Of a stretch of DNA of 64,000 nt, positions 47,319-58,180 are shown piece after piece. The position numbers and the translations under genes were made by a program. Below the pieces are notes generated by a model, which was not told the DNA's origin, did not search any database, and saw only the letters and a list, made by a program, of their open reading frames with translations. The stretch lies in NCBI GenBank assembly GCA_003559855.1, contig PWJZ01000057.1, positions 33,244-97,243 of the forward strand, given 5' to 3'. How positions within the stretch are numbered: the first letter of the stretch is position 1; each line of letters begins with the position of its first letter. This DNA comes from Bacteroidales bacterium. GTDB lineage: Bacteria > Bacteroidota > Bacteroidia > Bacteroidales > UBA7960.

Positions 47319-47834
47319 ATGGAAAAAGATTTCAGGTTCAAAAAAATTGAAATTGACAATATTCGGGAAAATTTTTTCAGGCTGATGTCTGAAGACTGGA
47401 TGCTGGTTTGTGCCGGCAATATGGAATCATATAACATTATGACGGCAAGCTGGGGTACATATGGAATTCTCTGGAACAAACCGGTTGCTGTATGTTATAT
47501 AAGACCACAGCGATACACCTATCAGTTTGCGGAAAAACATCCCTGTTTTACTCTTAACTTCTTCCCTGATAGGCTCAAACACCTGCTCGACCTTTGCGGG
47601 TCGAGGTCCGGAAGGGATATCAACAAAATGAAAATAGAAGGCTTGAATCCCGTCAAAACAACACAGGGAAATATTATTTTCAATGAAGCCAGGCTTGCTC
47701 TCGAATGTCGTAAAATTTATTTTGATGATATAAAACCTGAAAATTTTATTGATACGTCAATAGAGAAGTTATACTTGATAAAAGATTATCACAGGTTTTA
47801 TATCGGGGAAATTATCAATGCCTGGATGCCTTAA
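47319..47834 (+). CDS. flavin reductase-like (FMN-binding split-barrel) protein
   Basis: 171-aa ORF. NIMTASWGTYGILWNKPVAVCYIRPQRYT resembles the flavin-reductase-like family. Confidence 0.7.
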   Translation: MEKDFRFKKIEIDNIRENFFRLMSEDWMLVCAGNMESYNIMTASWGTYGILWNKPVAVCYIRPQRYTYQFAEKHPCFTLNFFPDRLKHLLDLCGSRSGRDINKMKIEGLNPVKTTQGNIIFNEARLALECRKIYFDDIKPENFIDTSIEKLYLIKDYHRFYIGEIINAWMP

Positions 47835-47954
47835 TGAATGTCTGGTATACTTTAAAAAAATGTAATTTAGCAAAGTCAAATTGCCGGTTTGAATGAACTT
47901 TAAAGTGATTGGTTGGCAATAAGCACAATTTTTTTATTCTAAAAAATTACTACG

Positions 47955-48515
47955 GTGTTGGTTTTTAAAAATATCAAAAAAAAATACAGAAATTATTTTT
48001 TTCGTAAAGCAACAAGGAAGCTTATAAGGCAAAAGAAGGTAGTTAATTATTATGAGGCTAAAAATATTGGAATAATATATGATGCCAGCCAAGAAGAAAA
48101 TTACATGCTGATATCCAATTTGACCAAGGAGCTGCAACTGTCAGGCAAAAGGGTGAACACCCTTGGATACATCCGCCAGAAGAAGAGACCACACTATAGT
48201 TTTCCAAGACTGATATTCGGTTTCTTTTTCAGGCGTGATTTCACATGGAACTATAAACCAAAGTCGATCTTTGTAAAAGATTTTCTGGAAACAGAGTTTG
48301 ATATTCTTATCGATATTAGTCCTGAAGAGATATTTTTCACTAAATATGTTTCGGGATTATCCAGGGCAAAATATAAGGTCGGGATATTCAGCGCTAATTA
48401 TTTTAACATATATGATCTTATGATAGAAGTTGATGATAGTTGTTCCCTGGAGGAGTGCATCGGACATAGTTTGCATTATTTGAAAAACCTAAACATTCAA
48501 AAAACATATGCATAA
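47955..48515 (+). CDS. hypothetical protein
   Basis: 186-aa ORF with a GTG start. The stop overlaps the dapA start by 8 nt (ATGCATAA). No recognisable motif. Confidence 0.55.
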   Translation: MLVFKNIKKKYRNYFFRKATRKLIRQKKVVNYYEAKNIGIIYDASQEENYMLISNLTKELQLSGKRVNTLGYIRQKKRPHYSFPRLIFGFFFRRDFTWNYKPKSIFVKDFLETEFDILIDISPEEIFFTKYVSGLSRAKYKVGIFSANYFNIYDLMIEVDDSCSLEECIGHSLHYLKNLNIQKTYA

Positions 48516-49407
48516 AAAATTCAGAGGTACCGGGGTGGCGATAGTAACACCTTTTCACAAAGAAGGTGGTATTGATTTCAAATCTTTCAGAAGGCTTATT
48601 GATTATCAGATAAGCAATAATACAGATTACCTGGTTTTTTTGGGTACAACAGGCGAGGCCGTTACGATCAATGATGATGAACGGCATGCTGTCATAAATT
48701 TTGCCGTTGAAATAGTCAATGAACGTGTGCCTGTGGTTGTCAGTGTTGGCGGTAATAATACCCAGAAGATAATCAGTACTATAAAGAATACTGATTTCAC
48801 CGGTGTTGATGCCTTATTATCGGTAAGTCCATATTATAATAAGCCGCAGCAGGAGGGTATATGTGATCATTACAAGACGATAGCCGGGGTTTCGCCTGTG
48901 CCGGTCATATTATACAACGTTCCAGGCCGTACCGGCTCCAATATGAAGGCTGAAACAACGCTGAAAATCGCTCATGAAGTATCAAATGTAATTGCTGTAA
49001 AAGAAGCATCGAAAGATCTCGAACAGATATCTGAAATCATAAAAGACCGACCCGAAGGGTTTCTCGTGTTGTCGGGCGACGATCTCATTACACTGCCGGT
49101 TTTGGCTGTTGGTGGCGACGGTGTTATTTCGGTTACCGCCAACGTTTTTCCTGCTGAGTTTTCAGCTATGGTGAAATATGGATTAAACGGCAATTTTGAA
49201 GAAGCACGGAAAATACATCTGTGGCTAGTCGATATAATAAAGGCTCTCTTTACCGATGGAAGTCCGTCAGGCATCAAAGCCGCCCTGACAATAAAAGGAT
49301 TGTGCAAAAATACCCTCAGACTGCCATTGGTGAAAGTCAACAGAACTACGTATAATCAGATATCTAATATTCTTAAAAAAATGGAGGAATATCCGGTAAT
49401 GAAGTAA
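48508..49407 (+). CDS. dapA: 4-hydroxy-tetrahydrodipicolinate synthase
   Basis: 299-aa ORF. Motifs: GTGVAIVTPF, GTTGE, YNKP, YNVPGRTG. The Schiff-base lysine sits in AVKEAS. Confidence 0.93.
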   Translation: MHKKFRGTGVAIVTPFHKEGGIDFKSFRRLIDYQISNNTDYLVFLGTTGEAVTINDDERHAVINFAVEIVNERVPVVVSVGGNNTQKIISTIKNTDFTGVDALLSVSPYYNKPQQEGICDHYKTIAGVSPVPVILYNVPGRTGSNMKAETTLKIAHEVSNVIAVKEASKDLEQISEIIKDRPEGFLVLSGDDLITLPVLAVGGDGVISVTANVFPAEFSAMVKYGLNGNFEEARKIHLWLVDIIKALFTDGSPSGIKAALTIKGLCKNTLRLPLVKVNRTTYNQISNILKKMEEYPVMK

Positions 49408-49411
49408 TTTT

Positions 49412-51829
49412 TTGTATTGTCTGAATAAGCTGTTTTTAATATCTATTGTTTTGAAAAGAGTATCGCTTTTTTCCATTATCCTTTTTTTACCTTTATTCCT
49501 TAAAGCGCAACCCGTTGCAGATGAAAAAACTGCAATGGATTACCCCGGGCAAAAAGGGGAAGTCTATTTTTCCTTCCCGAAGCCTGAAAGAGAGGTCTTT
49601 TCGGAGCTTCTTGACGTTATTTCGATCGACAATATCACAGACACAAAGGTCTTTGCTTATGCCAATGCATATGAATTTCAGCGTTTTCTTAAGCATCACA
49701 TTCCTTATACGGTTTTAACTCATCCCGGCGATGTTGATTTCGACCTGAACATGAAAACCCGGGAAGAACTGAGCCGGAAAGACCTTGCAAAAGACTGGGA
49801 TTTTTACCCTTCCTACGAGGCTTATGTTGAATTGATGTACCAGTTTGAATACGATTATCCCGACCTTGTTAGAATAATCAATATTGGTCAGACGGTAATG
49901 GGTCGTGATTTGCTTTTTGCAAAAATATCACCGCAGGTTGAAATGCAAAAGCCCAGGCCACAGTTTATGTACACCTCAACCATACACGGAGATGAAACCG
50001 CCGGCTTCGTTCTTTCTTTACGACTCATACACCATCTTGTAACCGGTTATGATAAAGACGAAGATATCACCCAACTGATGAACAGCGTTGACATCTGGAT
50101 TTGTCCGAATGAAAATCCCGACGGCACTTACACTGATGATAATTCAACGGTTTTGGGTGCAACACGATATAATGCCAATAATGTTGACCTTAACCGCAAC
50201 TACCCCAATCCGGTGAAAAATCCGGATGATCCCATGCAACCCGAAACTATTTCGATGACAGGCTTTACCGATACAATAAACTTTATCATGTCAGCCAATA
50301 TGCATGGTGGTATTGAGCTGGTCAACTTTCCTTTTGACAGCTGGTATTCGTGGGAGAACCCTCATGCCGACCACGATTGGTGGGAGTTTGTGATGTACGA
50401 ATATGTTGATACGGCACAATACTATAGTCCGCCGGGGTATATGACCGGCCTGGGTGACGGTGTGACACACGGCGGCGACTGGTACAGGATATGGGGCAGC
50501 CGGCAGGACTATTTCAACTATTACCGTAGCTGCCGCGAATTTACACTGGAACTCAGTAATCAAAAGTTGCTCGATCCTTTATTATTGCCGGCATACTGGG
50601 ATTATAACCACCGGTCTATGATAAACTATATCTGGCAAGCTACATACGGAGTGCATGGAATAGTTCATGACAGTGAAACAGGCGATCCGCTGCAGGCTAA
50701 AATATCAATACCCGGCCACGAAAGCAATAACTCCGAAGTGATGACTTCAATGCCGTATGGTAATTATAACCGCCCACTGCTTCAGGGATCATATGACATC
50801 AGCTTCTCTGCCCATGGTTATGAAACAAAAACAGTAAAAGAAGTTATTGTTACAAACCATAACACAACATACCTTGATGTATATCTCGATCCGGTACCAC
50901 TGATAGCTGTATATCCTGAGCAAATAAATTTCGGAGCGGGAGTTGTTGGTGATGTGTACTCAAAATTCCTGACAATAAAAAATGAGGGAAAAGAGGTGCT
51001 GGAAATATATTCAATTATCATTGAAGGCGATGATGTGTTTTATCTTGAAGATCCGGTTCTGGCAAGCGAATATTTGATTCAACCCGGTGATAACGAAACA
51101 ATCGGGTTGTTTTTTCAACCATCTGCAGAAATGGAATATAGTGCTGTTTTGTATATAGAATGTAATGACCCGGAAACCCCCCTGGTGGAAGTACAGCTCA
51201 CAGGTGAAGGAATGTCGGAGATAGCTGTCATTGATTTCTCAAGCGATACCTTGGATTTTGGTGATGTGCTGATGGGAGAATCAAAAGAAATGATATTTAC
51301 GGTTTACAATACCGGCAACATTGCATTGGCAATTTATAATATTGAAATTGATGAAAATGAATGCTTTGGTATTTCAGAGGATTTTCCTATTTACCTGGAA
51401 CCTGGTTATGAAGAAGATTTTACCGTTACTTTTTTTCCGCAGGCGGCCGGGGAAATTTTTTCAGAAGCTATCGTTTACAGTAATGCAGGCAATAGTCCGG
51501 AAGCCGGTCTTTTGTTCAAAGGTGCCGGTATTGATCCTAACATTATTGCCGGTATATCAAACCGGCAATTTTCCGTTAATGTGTATCCGAACCCTGTTAA
51601 ACCGAATACACAGGTATTGGTGAATCTGCAGGTAACAGGAAATATTTCAATAAAACTTTATAGCATCAGGGGAGTTGCCGTTGCCGACATCTTTGATGGG
51701 CATCTTGCCGAAGGGAAGCATGGGTTTTTATTCTCCCGGATTTACCATTATCTGGAACCCGGTGTTTATGTTTTAACGGTTGAAAATGACAAAGAACGTT
51801 TCTCCGAAAGAATTGTCAAGGTTAATTAA
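49412..51829 (+). CDS. secreted M14 metallocarboxypeptidase with Ig-like/CARDB-type repeats and T9SS C-terminal sorting domain
   Basis: 805-aa ORF. Zinc motif STIHGDETAG (HxxE). C-terminus VNVYPNPVKPNT...GVYVLTVENDKERFSERIVKVN. The start is uncertain: TTG at 49412, or TTG at 49451 giving MKRVSLFSIILFLPLFLKA. Confidence 0.85.
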   Translation: MYCLNKLFLISIVLKRVSLFSIILFLPLFLKAQPVADEKTAMDYPGQKGEVYFSFPKPEREVFSELLDVISIDNITDTKVFAYANAYEFQRFLKHHIPYTVLTHPGDVDFDLNMKTREELSRKDLAKDWDFYPSYEAYVELMYQFEYDYPDLVRIINIGQTVMGRDLLFAKISPQVEMQKPRPQFMYTSTIHGDETAGFVLSLRLIHHLVTGYDKDEDITQLMNSVDIWICPNENPDGTYTDDNSTVLGATRYNANNVDLNRNYPNPVKNPDDPMQPETISMTGFTDTINFIMSANMHGGIELVNFPFDSWYSWENPHADHDWWEFVMYEYVDTAQYYSPPGYMTGLGDGVTHGGDWYRIWGSRQDYFNYYRSCREFTLELSNQKLLDPLLLPAYWDYNHRSMINYIWQATYGVHGIVHDSETGDPLQAKISIPGHESNNSEVMTSMPYGNYNRPLLQGSYDISFSAHGYETKTVKEVIVTNHNTTYLDVYLDPVPLIAVYPEQINFGAGVVGDVYSKFLTIKNEGKEVLEIYSIIIEGDDVFYLEDPVLASEYLIQPGDNETIGLFFQPSAEMEYSAVLYIECNDPETPLVEVQLTGEGMSEIAVIDFSSDTLDFGDVLMGESKEMIFTVYNTGNIALAIYNIEIDENECFGISEDFPIYLEPGYEEDFTVTFFPQAAGEIFSEAIVYSNAGNSPEAGLLFKGAGIDPNIIAGISNRQFSVNVYPNPVKPNTQVLVNLQVTGNISIKLYSIRGVAVADIFDGHLAEGKHGFLFSRIYHYLEPGVYVLTVENDKERFSERIVKVN

Positions 51830-51951
51830 GAGCTGTATTTAATAATTAATGTTATTTCCGGGCGTTTATATCTGAGATACCGCATGAACCATTACCAGGT
51901 TATTTAAAGATATATGACCTTGTTTTTATTTTTTTTTGTAATTTAGCATAA

Positions 51952-52341
51952 ATGATAATACAATATTTTACCATACTGTTTTTCGGGATCAGTCCGGGCG
52001 AGCTGTTCATAATACTGCTTGTAGTTCTGGTGTTGTTCGGACCCAGAAAGATACCTGAAATTGCGAAGACTCTCGGTAAAGGATATAATGAGCTTAAGAA
52101 GGCACAGCGTGATTTAAATACTGAGATTCAAAATTACAGTGATGATATTGAAAAAGAAACCGATAAGTTTCAAAATGAGGTTAAGTCGGTAGTGGATGAT
52201 GATCACGAGAAAAAATCATCGCAAAACACCGCGGATGATAAATATGATGATGAGCCGGACAAACCCGGTGATGAAAATTCTGATGACAGTGATGATGACC
52301 TGCCATATCCATACAACAGGAACCGCAACCTGAAAGCCTGA
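51952..52341 (+). CDS. tatA: twin-arginine translocase TatA/E family protein with long acidic tail
   Basis: 129-aa ORF. ISPGELFIILLVVLVLFGPRKIPEIAKTLGKG is the TatA TM helix plus amphipathic helix. Confidence 0.85.
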   Translation: MIIQYFTILFFGISPGELFIILLVVLVLFGPRKIPEIAKTLGKGYNELKKAQRDLNTEIQNYSDDIEKETDKFQNEVKSVVDDDHEKKSSQNTADDKYDDEPDKPGDENSDDSDDDLPYPYNRNRNLKA

Positions 52342-52540
52342 TCCGGCAGAACCGCAGGATTTTCGGCATAAGCGGCTTTTTTGCCTTTTTACTTTCAACA
52401 GTTTATTTACCAGCAAAAAAGTGCACCATATTTTAACTGCTGAAAATTTTTATTTCTATTATTGCCGGTTATAATTATAACAAAAAAGAAACGTTAATAA
52501 ACAAAACCGGATTTTGTTTATAAAATTTTCCTTTTTCAGA

Positions 52541-54613
52541 ATGGCTACAAGGTCAATTGCATTTTTTATTTTCTTTTTACCGTTATTACTGGTCAGCGAG
52601 GATTTGGAATCACAGGCTCGCCGGATTGAAAGAGGTGATGAGGCATTTGAGCAACGTCATTACTACGAGGCTGTTGAATATTATCGTCGTGCATATTCAA
52701 GGATCAGCAGAAGAGACAGGGATGAAGCGGCCAGAATAGCTTATAATTCAGCAATCTGTTATAGCAAGATCAATGATTCACGCAGGGCCGAGATGTGGTT
52801 TCGCAGGTCTATGAGGCTCGGTTATGATGATCCTGAACTGATTGTCAGATTTGCTGATGTATTAATGAAGAATGAGAAGTATGATGAAGCTGTTGAACAA
52901 TACAAAATTTTTTCAGAGAAAAAACCTGATGATCCGAGGGGTGAAACAGGAATAAAATCGGTTGAGCTCACGCAGGAGCTGCTTGAAAACCCGTCGATAT
53001 ATTCAGTAGAGGTTCAGAGGCAATTTAACTCGAGGTATGATGATTTCGCACCTACTTATGGTGATCACAGGGAGAGCTCTCTCATATTCACTTCAGCGCG
53101 CGATGAGTCTATGAACAGCAAGGACGACCCATGGACTGGGCAGTATCATACCAATTTATTTATTTCCTATCAGGACCGCGCAGAAGATTGGGGAAGCCCG
53201 GTTTTGCTAGATGAAGGACCTGTTAATACCGAATTTAATGAGGGAACACCTTCGCTGAATCCCGGCAAAACATTGTTATATTTCACAAGGTGTGTAACGG
53301 AAGAAGGAAAAGACCTTGGTTGCAGGATTTTTAAGAGCAGAAGGGAGGGTGCAAAATGGGGTAGCCCACAGAAAATCGAGCTGGTAAATGACAGTTCCAT
53401 TTCGATAGGTCATCCTGCCATAAGCCCGGATGAGCTTAAGCTGTATTTTGTATCCGATATGCCCGGCGGTGTGGGAGAGAAAGATATATGGGTAGCACGG
53501 CGTAATAATGTTAATGAAGATTTTGGACGACCGGTTAACCTCGGACAGGTCATTAATACTCACGGTAATGAAATGTTTCCCTATGTAAGGGAAGACGGTG
53601 TGCTTTTTTTTGCATCAGACGGACATCCGGGTATGGGAGGACTTGATATTTTCTATTCTGAGAAAGTAGGAGATGAATGGACAGAACCGGTTAATATGGG
53701 TTATCCTATCAACAGCAACAGGGATGATTTTGGAATCATATTCAAGAGCAATCAGAGAAAAGGCTATTTTTCTTCCAACAGGGGGGTAAGAAGGGGTGAT
53801 GAGATATATTCGTTTTTTCTTGCTCCGCTTGAATTTTCACTTAAAGGAACTGTCAGGGATGACAGTACCAAGTGGGTGTTGCCCGGTGCTACTGTACAGC
53901 TTATAGGTTCGGATGGCACTATTGAGGTCGAAGAAACAGACCGGGATGGAAAATATTATTTTGACAAAAGACAAATGAAACCTGATCAAACATATGATAT
54001 TCTCGCCAGCTACGACGGCTATCTCAGCCAACGCGGGAGGGAAAGCACAGTAGATCTCGAAAGAAGCAGGGAATTTGTTTATGATTTTTATCTTGAACCT
54101 ATTTCCGACGTTCCTATTGCACTGCCTGAAATCTTATATGATTTTGATAGCTGGGAGCTGAAGCCGCAATTTCAGGATTCACTGGCAGGTCTCGTTGAGA
54201 CCTTAATGAACAATCCAAATATTGTCATAGAGCTGGCATCGCATGCTGACAGCCGAGGAACCCATGAACACAACGATCTTCTTACGCAGCGGAGAGCACA
54301 GGCAGTCGTTGATTTTATTATTGAACGTGGTGTCGATCCGCAACGACTCGAAGCAAAAGGATACGGAAAAAGACAACCCAGGAAAATAATGGAAACAATT
54401 GAAAGGGATGGGTTCGTGTTTGAGGCAGAAACAGTTCTTACGGAAGAATATATAGAAGACCTTCCCGAAGAAGAACATCGTGAAGCCGCTCACCAGCTTA
54501 ACAGACGTACAGAGTTTATGGTGCTTCGTGATGACTTCGACCCCGAAATCGAAGGCGATCAAACAGGTGAAGAAGATGTGCCGGTAAGAATTGATCTGAA
54601 ACAGGATGATTGA
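52541..54613 (+). CDS. OmpA-family protein with TPR, PD40/TolB-like beta-propeller repeats and CarboxypepD_reg-like domain
   Basis: I prefer the ATG at 52541 (MATRSIAFFIFFLPLLLV...). The C-terminal OmpA-like domain reads ILYDFDSWELKP...HADSRGTHEHNDLLTQRRAQAV...NRRTEF. Confidence 0.85.
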   Translation: MATRSIAFFIFFLPLLLVSEDLESQARRIERGDEAFEQRHYYEAVEYYRRAYSRISRRDRDEAARIAYNSAICYSKINDSRRAEMWFRRSMRLGYDDPELIVRFADVLMKNEKYDEAVEQYKIFSEKKPDDPRGETGIKSVELTQELLENPSIYSVEVQRQFNSRYDDFAPTYGDHRESSLIFTSARDESMNSKDDPWTGQYHTNLFISYQDRAEDWGSPVLLDEGPVNTEFNEGTPSLNPGKTLLYFTRCVTEEGKDLGCRIFKSRREGAKWGSPQKIELVNDSSISIGHPAISPDELKLYFVSDMPGGVGEKDIWVARRNNVNEDFGRPVNLGQVINTHGNEMFPYVREDGVLFFASDGHPGMGGLDIFYSEKVGDEWTEPVNMGYPINSNRDDFGIIFKSNQRKGYFSSNRGVRRGDEIYSFFLAPLEFSLKGTVRDDSTKWVLPGATVQLIGSDGTIEVEETDRDGKYYFDKRQMKPDQTYDILASYDGYLSQRGRESTVDLERSREFVYDFYLEPISDVPIALPEILYDFDSWELKPQFQDSLAGLVETLMNNPNIVIELASHADSRGTHEHNDLLTQRRAQAVVDFIIERGVDPQRLEAKGYGKRQPRKIMETIERDGFVFEAETVLTEEYIEDLPEEEHREAAHQLNRRTEFMVLRDDFDPEIEGDQTGEEDVPVRIDLKQDD

Positions 54614-54673
54614 TAGTGTCAGTAAAAAAAATATAAAATTATAATATCAGCTGTAACCGGGTCAGTGAAAGAG

Positions 54674-54734
54674 AATTTGCAATGTGATAATTAATTTGCT
54701 GTTTGTAATTATTGTTTGTAATTTGTTACTTTTG
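54674..54734. repeat. degenerate 7-nt-period T/G-rich repeat (TTTGTAA family) running into the -7 box
   Basis: aatttgc aatgtga taattaa tttgctg tttgtaa ttattgt ttgtaat ttgttac ttttg. Confidence 0.55.
54727..54734 (+). promoter_or_regulatory. -7 box TACTTTTG upstream of the purM-like gene
   Basis: Exact TAnnTTTG, 29 nt upstream of the ATG at 54763. Confidence 0.5.
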
Positions 54735-54762
54735 AACTATACACAAAATATATATTTTTATA

Positions 54763-55935
54763 ATGACTGATTCATCACTTTATGGCCGGCGTGGTGTTTC
54801 CTCATCCAAGGCGGAAGTGCACGAAGCTGTTAAAAATCTCTACAAAGGTTTGTATCCTGGTTCATTTTGCAAGGTTATGCCCGACTATTTGACCGGTGAT
54901 AAGGACTATTGTTGTGTTATGCATGCCGACGGTGCAGGCACCAAATCTTCATTGGCTTATATCTATTGGTGTGAAACGGGCAACATGGATGTTTGGAAGG
55001 GCATTGCACAGGATGCCGCTGTCATGAATATTGATGACCTGCTTTGTGTGGGGGTTACAGACAACATCCTGTTATCCTCCACTATTGGCAGAAATAAAAA
55101 CCTTATTCCTGGCAATGTTATTGCTGCCGTTATAGAAGGCACCGAAGAGTTCCTTCAGAAAATGCGTGATAATGGAATAAATATAAGCTTTTCCGGCGGT
55201 GAAACAGCCGATGTTGGAGATATCGTAAAGACTATCATTGTTGACTCTGCTGTATTCACCAGATGTGAACGCAATAGGATAATTCGAAATGAAAACATCG
55301 GTCATGGCGATGTTGTTATAGGGCTGTCATCATTTGGCAAGACTACTTATGAGGAACATTATAACAGCGGTATCGGCAGCAACGGGCTGACTTCAGCACG
55401 TCACGATGTTTTTTCCAAAGTTTACGCAGAAAAATATCCCGAAAGCTATGATAACGATCTTGATCCTGATGTGATTTATACAGGCAAATATCTTGTGAAC
55501 GACACGGAGCCCGAAACAGGTATGCACTTCGGACAGCTTGTATTATCACCAACACGTACTTATGCCCCGGTGGTTAAGGTAATTCTCCACGAGTTAGGTC
55601 CTGACATACATGGTATGATACATTGCAGCGGAGGCGGGCAAACCAAGGTGTTGAAATTTGTCAGCAATCTTAATGTTATCAAGAATAACCTGTTTGAACT
55701 GCCGCCTGTCTTCAGAATAATCAAAGAACAATCGAAAGCGCCGATGCAGGAAATGTACCAGGTATTTAATATGGGGCACAGGTTTGAAATTTATCTTAGC
55801 GAAAATAATGCACAAACCGTTATTGATATTTGCCGGTCATTCGAACTCGATGCCAGAATCATCGGCTACTGTTCACGTAGCGATGAAGCTTCAGTGACCA
55901 TCGAAACCACCGATGGATCTTTCGTATTTAAATAA
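54763..55935 (+). CDS. AIR synthase-family protein (PurM-like phosphoribosylformylglycinamidine cyclo-ligase, long form)
   Basis: 390-aa ORF. VMHADGAGTKS, MNIDDLLCVG and HCSGGGQTK resemble PurM-superfamily motifs. Confidence 0.8.
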   Translation: MTDSSLYGRRGVSSSKAEVHEAVKNLYKGLYPGSFCKVMPDYLTGDKDYCCVMHADGAGTKSSLAYIYWCETGNMDVWKGIAQDAAVMNIDDLLCVGVTDNILLSSTIGRNKNLIPGNVIAAVIEGTEEFLQKMRDNGINISFSGGETADVGDIVKTIIVDSAVFTRCERNRIIRNENIGHGDVVIGLSSFGKTTYEEHYNSGIGSNGLTSARHDVFSKVYAEKYPESYDNDLDPDVIYTGKYLVNDTEPETGMHFGQLVLSPTRTYAPVVKVILHELGPDIHGMIHCSGGGQTKVLKFVSNLNVIKNNLFELPPVFRIIKEQSKAPMQEMYQVFNMGHRFEIYLSENNAQTVIDICRSFELDARIIGYCSRSDEASVTIETTDGSFVFK

Positions 55936-56134
55936 AAGCGATTTCAAAATCTGAAAACAAAAAGCATGTTGTTTTGACCAGGATCTTTCAGAACCCGGAT
56001 GACAGATTATACCGATGATCACTGAGCGTTTGTCAGTGTTTGTCTCCTTGTTGGCAATAATGGAATTTAGTGTGTTAATTATTGCTTTCATCCTTTATGA
56101 TCTTCATTTGAACTGTTATCCCGTAAAAAAGTAT

Positions 56135-56142
56135 TAATTTTG
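56135..56142 (+). promoter_or_regulatory. candidate -7 box TAATTTTG upstream of prfA
   Basis: Exact TAnnTTTG, 98 nt upstream of the ATG at 56240. Confidence 0.3.
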
Positions 56143-56239
56143 CATTTAAATTTGAAAAAACCTTGCAAATTAACCCAGGTATAATATTTTAAATAACGGG
56201 TAACTTTTGCGGTTTTACTGAAAAGCGGGAAATATAATT

Positions 56240-57322
56240 ATGTTATTGGAAAAACTCAGATCAATAGAAGAGCGTTACCGGGAGATTGAGCGTCTTATAG
56301 CCGATCCGAAAGTTATTGCTGACATGAATCGTTATATACGTCTCAGCAAGGAATATAAGGATCTGGAGCCGGTTGTTGTTGCGTATGATGAGTACAGTAA
56401 TGTTTTGAGCAACCTTGACTCGGCAAAGGAAATATTGGCGGTTGAGAAGGACGGGGAGTTGCTTGACATGGCTAAGGCGGAGCTGGAAGAGTTGCAGGTG
56501 AAGAAGGATGAGCTGGAAGAAAAGATCAAGTGGTTGTTACTACCTTCCGACCCTCAGGATTCTAAAAATGCCATAGTTGAAATAAGAGCCGGTACAGGCG
56601 GTGATGAGGCTGCGATTTTTGCCGGTGATCTTTACAGGATGTATAATAAGTTTTGCGAGGCCAGGAAATGGAAGACCGAGCTTGTAAGTTTTGCCGAAGG
56701 TGCTTCAGGCGGTTTTAAGGAGGCTGTATTCAACGTGCTTGGTGAGGGTGTTTACGGCGTTTTGAAATATGAATCGGGAGTACACCGGGTTCAGAGGGTG
56801 CCTCAAACCGAAACGCAGGGAAGAGTGCATACCTCTGCAGCTACCGTAGCCGTGCTTCCCGAAGCCGATGAGTTTGATATTGAACTGAAAATGGCAGATA
56901 TCAGAAAAGACACATTTTGCTCAAGCGGCCCGGGAGGGCAATCTGTTAATACCACATATTCGGCTGTAAGACTAACGCATGAACCCACAGGAATAGTCGT
57001 ATCATGCCAGGACGAAAAATCGCAAATCAGAAATTATGAAAAAGCTTTAAAAGTATTAAGGTCAAGAATTTTTGACCTGGAATATAAAAAATACCTTGAT
57101 GAAATAGCTGCAAAACGCAAAACCATGGTTTCTACCGGCGACAGGTCAGCAAAGATCCGTACTTACAACTATCCGCAAGGACGTGTTACAGACCACCGTA
57201 TCGGTTTTACAATATATAACCTGCCCGCCGTAATGGACGGTGAAATAGATGAAATAACAGATGCATTGCAGGTAGCCGAAAATGCTGAAAAACTGAAAGA
57301 AGGAATTTCGGATGGTAATTGA
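56240..57322 (+). CDS. prfA: peptide chain release factor 1
   Basis: 360-aa ORF. GGQ motif ([12 protein letters not shown]) and an RF1-type PxT tripeptide ([13 protein letters not shown]). Confidence 0.97.
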   Translation: MLLEKLRSIEERYREIERLIADPKVIADMNRYIRLSKEYKDLEPVVVAYDEYSNVLSNLDSAKEILAVEKDGELLDMAKAELEELQVKKDELEEKIKWLLLPSDPQDSKNAIVEIRAGTGGDEAAIFAGDLYRMYNKFCEARKWKTELVSFAEGASGGFKEAVFNVLGEGVYGVLKYESGVHRVQRVPQTETQGRVHTSAATVAVLPEADEFDIELKMADIRKDTFCSSGPGGQSVNTTYSAVRLTHEPTGIVVSCQDEKSQIRNYEKALKVLRSRIFDLEYKKYLDEIAAKRKTMVSTGDRSAKIRTYNYPQGRVTDHRIGFTIYNLPAVMDGEIDEITDALQVAENAEKLKEGISDGN

Positions 57323-57334
57323 TATATTAATGTA

Positions 57335-58156
57335 ATGAACAGAGAAAAGTTATACAGCCTCATTAAACTGAAAAGGTCATTTCTTTGCATTGGTCTGGAT
57401 ACGGACATTGAAAAAATTCCGGAACACCTGAAAAAGTCTGATGATCCGGTTTTTGAATTCAACAAAGCCATTATTGACTTTACGAGGGATTATGCGATAG
57501 CTTATAAGCTCAACCTTGCCTTTTATGAGCGTTGTGGTTCCTCCGGATGGCTTTCATTTGAGAAGACGATTGATTATTTGCGGGGTATTGGTAATATTTT
57601 CACCATTGCTGATGCTAAACGCGGTGATATTGGTAACTCAGCCTCACAATATGCAAAAGCATTTTTTGATAACCTCGGATTCGACGCTATAACGGTAAAT
57701 CCATATATGGGTTATGATGCTGTAGCTCCGTTTCTTGAATACAAGGATAAAATCACTATACTTCTTGCTTTGACATCCAACGAAGGTTCTTCTGATTTTC
57801 AGATGCAATTGTGCGGCAAGAAATATCTTTATGAAGTAGTGCTCACCCGGTCAGCAGGGTGGGGGAGTTCTGATCAGATCATGTATGTGGTGGGAGGTAC
57901 AAAGTCAGGTGTTTTGACAAAAGCCAGGCACCTTGTTCCTGACTGTTTTTTCCTTGTTCCCGGCATCGGTGCGCAGGGGGGTGATTTAAAAAGTGTATGT
58001 GAAAAGGGCATGAATGATAAATGTGGATTAATAGTAAATGCCTCACGAAGCATAATATATTGTTCTTCAGAGCGGGACTTTGCCGAGCAGGCGCGTAAAG
58101 CAGCATTTGAATTACAACAGCAGATGGAAACCGAATTAAGTAACCGGAAGCTTTGA
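57335..58156 (+). CDS. pyrF: orotidine-5'-phosphate decarboxylase (type 2)
   Basis: 273-aa ORF. Motifs: LCIGLDTD, ADAKRGDIGNS. Confidence 0.9.
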   Translation: MNREKLYSLIKLKRSFLCIGLDTDIEKIPEHLKKSDDPVFEFNKAIIDFTRDYAIAYKLNLAFYERCGSSGWLSFEKTIDYLRGIGNIFTIADAKRGDIGNSASQYAKAFFDNLGFDAITVNPYMGYDAVAPFLEYKDKITILLALTSNEGSSDFQMQLCGKKYLYEVVLTRSAGWGSSDQIMYVVGGTKSGVLTKARHLVPDCFFLVPGIGAQGGDLKSVCEKGMNDKCGLIVNASRSIIYCSSERDFAEQARKAAFELQQQMETELSNRKL

Positions 58157-58180
58157 AATAACTTTTTCCGGTTATTTAAA

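Noticed and set aside
55891-56091. 66-aa minus-strand ORF overlapping the 3' end of the purM-like gene.
   Set aside because: It overlaps a supported CDS, has no promoter box or motif, and its remainder is repeat-like intergenic sequence.
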